Of a DNA stretch of 6,326 nucleotides, positions 4,850 through 6,326 are shown piece by piece. Both the position numbers and the translations under genes were made by a program. How positions within the stretch are numbered: position 1 is the stretch's first letter; every line of letters begins with the position of its first letter. The stretch is taken from contig NZ_SODD01000070.1 of the NCBI RefSeq assembly GCF_004365815.1, forward strand, positions 1-6,326, given 5' to 3'. The notes under the pieces were generated by a model. The model saw nothing but the letters and a program-made list of their open reading frames with translations, had not been told where the DNA came from and searched no databases. Source of the DNA: Breznakia blatticola. Lineage in GTDB: Bacteria; Bacillota_I; Bacilli_A; Erysipelotrichales; Erysipelotrichaceae.

Positions 4850-6190
4850 TTAAATTTCAAACTTAAATACATTCTCATTTCCTTTTTCATCAACTAATAA
4901 AACCTCTAAGAAACCATTAAATTCACCATATAACTTGTGACTTCCTGGAAGTTTAATTCTTTCCCCATTATGTAGTACATATGATTTACTATAATCAATA
5001 TGATTTTTTGCTTGTTGTATTTCAAAATATATGAAATCATCACTATATTTAACAGATTTTACAGTTGGTATATCATTATCAATACTATTTATATAGAAAA
5101 CTTGTTCATCAGCACCTACTTGGATACTATATTTTCCGTTTTCTTTAGCATAGAAGTATATAAAGTTACTAGAAACAGAGTATTTAAGTTCCTTATCATC
5201 CTTCTTGACATATATTTCATTACTTGCATAGTTATCATATAAATAAATTCGTACCTCAATTGGGCCAGCAATTGGATTTGGATTGAATTTTATACTTTCA
5301 ATATTTTTGTCTAGATTTGGTCGTTTATAAACTGAGATATCTTCAGTTTGCAGCATACAAGTTTTGTTATCTTTTTTAAGTACAGTAGAATCAGATAGAG
5401 ACCATATATTATTAGGATAGAGAAGTTGAGGTAATAGTATCGCGCTAACAGTTAAACAAGCTAAAATTAGACTAAGTTGCTCAATATTACTAATTATATG
5501 AGTTACTGTTTGAACCACACTTTGAATAAATGATGTATCTTTTAATACAACTTCGTTCTCTAAAGTTAATGTAGAATACTCCTTTTGCATCTCAACAAAA
5601 AGAAGGGGTGGCGAGCTGATACTTAAATATTTATCTGGTTTATATCCTTGTTCTTCAAGATCCGCCTTTACAATCTTTCGTATTTCATATATCCGACTTT
5701 TTACTAATGCGGGCTTTATATCTAATGTGTCTGCAATCTCTTGCATTGAAAAGCTACTTAAAAATTTTAACTCTGCCGTTTCTTTATATGTTTCGCTTAG
5801 TTTTTGAAAAGAAGACAGGACAGCATTTAATATGCTTGAATTGGAGAATGCTTTTTCTGGGTCATCAGGAGCAATAACTACATCTTCGATACTGTAATTT
5901 TCATTTGGTTGAATAATCCTATCTTTTGCACGCTGTTTTGCTTTACATTCATTTCCAGCAATAGTAAAAAGCCAAAAATGAAATGAATCTACATTCCGTA
6001 ATTGGTTAATTTTCTCATATACGATTGTTATTGTGTCTTGCACTACTTCTTCAGCATCATGGTGATTCCGAAGAATTGAAAGTGCATAATAAAATAAAGG
6101 ACCTTTATAAAAATTATAGATTTCGTCCAAAGCACTAGTATCCCCATTTTGCAATCTTAAAACAACTGAAACATCAATACGATTATTCAT
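4850..6190 (-). CDS. ECF-type sigma-70 family factor fused to a linker, single TM helix and beta-rich extracytoplasmic C-terminal domain (membrane-tethered sigma / sigma-anti-sigma-like fusion)
   Basis: The ORF runs 4850..6253. The start at 6190 (MNNRIDVSVV...) is preferred because GGAGG (6196..6200) lies 5 nt upstream and a TTGACA -35 box lies inside the longer ORF extension. Region 2 is seen as HHDAEEVVQDTITIVYEKINQLRNVDSFHFWLFTIAGNECKAKQR. Region 4, a helix-turn-helix, is seen as LSETYKETAELKFLSSFSMQEIADTLDIKPALVKSRIYEIRKIVKADL. A ~60-aa linker follows, then the TM segment LSLILACLTVSAILLPQLLY, then ~190 aa rich in short beta-like segments (IEVRIYLYD, IYFYAKENGKYSIQV, FIYFEI, LEVLLVDEKGNENVFKFEI). 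No zf-HC2 (HxxxCxxC) anti-sigma motif was seen. Confidence 0.85.
   Translation of the reverse strand: MNNRIDVSVVLRLQNGDTSALDEIYNFYKGPLFYYALSILRNHHDAEEVVQDTITIVYEKINQLRNVDSFHFWLFTIAGNECKAKQRAKDRIIQPNENYSIEDVVIAPDDPEKAFSNSSILNAVLSSFQKLSETYKETAELKFLSSFSMQEIADTLDIKPALVKSRIYEIRKIVKADLEEQGYKPDKYLSISSPPLLFVEMQKEYSTLTLENEVVLKDTSFIQSVVQTVTHIISNIEQLSLILACLTVSAILLPQLLYPNNIWSLSDSTVLKKDNKTCMLQTEDISVYKRPNLDKNIESIKFNPNPIAGPIEVRIYLYDNYASNEIYVKKDDKELKYSVSSNFIYFYAKENGKYSIQVGADEQVFYINSIDNDIPTVKSVKYSDDFIYFEIQQAKNHIDYSKSYVLHNGERIKLPGSHKLYGEFNGFLEVLLVDEKGNENVFKFEI
5417..5476 (-). other. Predicted single transmembrane helix of the sigma-fusion protein
   Basis: LSLILACLTVSAILLPQLLY is about 20 mostly hydrophobic residues and the only such stretch in the protein. 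It separates the cytoplasmic sigma module from the C-terminal domain. Confidence 0.7.
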
Positions 6191-6195
6191 TTTTT

Positions 6196-6200
6196 CCTCC
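6196..6200 (-). promoter_or_regulatory. Shine-Dalgarno sequence of the sigma-fusion gene
   Basis: GGAGG-AAAAA-ATG on the minus strand. Confidence 0.7.
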
Positions 6201-6223
6201 ACATACACACACATTTGTTCTTT

Positions 6224-6253
6224 TACATAAGAAGACAAACTATCATATGTCAA
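6224..6253 (-). promoter_or_regulatory. Candidate housekeeping-sigma promoter for the sigma-fusion gene
   Basis: On the minus strand, TTGACA (complement of 6248..6253) is followed by an 18-nt spacer and TATGTA (complement of 6224..6229). This sits about 35 nt upstream of the preferred ATG at 6190. The -35 box is perfect. The -10 box matches only 3/6. Confidence 0.4.
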
Positions 6254-6326
6254 GTAAAGAATGATATTGGCATATAAATAGGTGATTGTCTTAGTTTAGA
6301 GGTGAATCCTCTATAAAAACTTCAAT

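Noticed and set aside
4700-4850. I looked for a canonical ECF-type promoter (GAAC-N16-17-CGT) or a sigma-A promoter upstream of the surface-protein gene.
   Set aside because: GAAC (within 4805..4808) and CGTA (4765..4768) are both present, but the spacing is wrong. TTGAAT/TAAATA candidates have a 19-nt spacer. No confident promoter call is possible from sequence alone, so only the shared-motif observation is reported.
802-5242. Plus-strand ORFs from the track: 802..999, 1304..1549, 1377..1589, 2265..2531, 3417..3641, 3666..3896, 4293..4769 and 5000..5242.
   Set aside because: Six of the eight lie wholly antisense to much longer minus-strand genes with clear family motifs, and 1377..1589 and 4293..4769 extend only a few dozen nt past them. 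Their translations are low-complexity (F/L/S/I-rich), as expected from reverse-complemented AT-rich coding sequence. None has a convincing SD.
5580-5620. The sigma fusion might really be two genes, sigma plus anti-sigma, with an internal start at the Met in VEMQKEY.
   Set aside because: The frame is continuous with no stop. There is no SD-like sequence upstream of that ATG (the context is CCCCTTCTTTTTGTTGAGATG). A sequencing frameshift cannot be excluded without reads. This is noted as the refutation test in the corresponding finding.

Overview
AT-rich (roughly one-third GC by eye), Firmicutes-like window. All credible genes are on the minus strand, and every plus-strand ORF in the track is an antisense shadow. 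Read in the direction of transcription (high to low coordinates), the window holds three units. (1) 6190..4850 encodes an unusual 446-aa protein: an ECF-type sigma-70 module (regions 2 and 4) fused in one polypeptide to a linker, one transmembrane helix and a ~190-aa beta-rich extracytoplasmic domain. (2) 4699..2282 encodes a large secreted surface protein. It has a signal peptide, an acidic T/E-rich tract, about 13 tandem 26-residue BspA/DUF285-type leucine-rich repeats (78-bp DNA periodicity), two Listeria-Bacteroides (Flg_new) repeat domains, and a C-terminal sortase-type sorting signal with a non-canonical VVQTG motif. Its own terminator follows. (3) 2062..142 is a complete bacterial class C (IIC) group II intron of about 1.92 kb. 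It has a GUGUG 5' end, an intact RT/maturase ORF without an endonuclease domain, a recognisable domain V, and a domain VI with a bulged branch-point A. It sits 6 nt downstream of a terminator-like stem-loop, which is the hallmark IIC homing site. The most interesting candidate is the single-chain, membrane-tethered sigma factor next to the LRR surface protein, a possible one-component cell-surface signalling module. A motif shared between the sigma gene leader and the sigma/surface-protein intergenic region adds weak support. No tRNA, rRNA or CRISPR features were seen. All family assignments come from reading motifs by eye. No database search was run.
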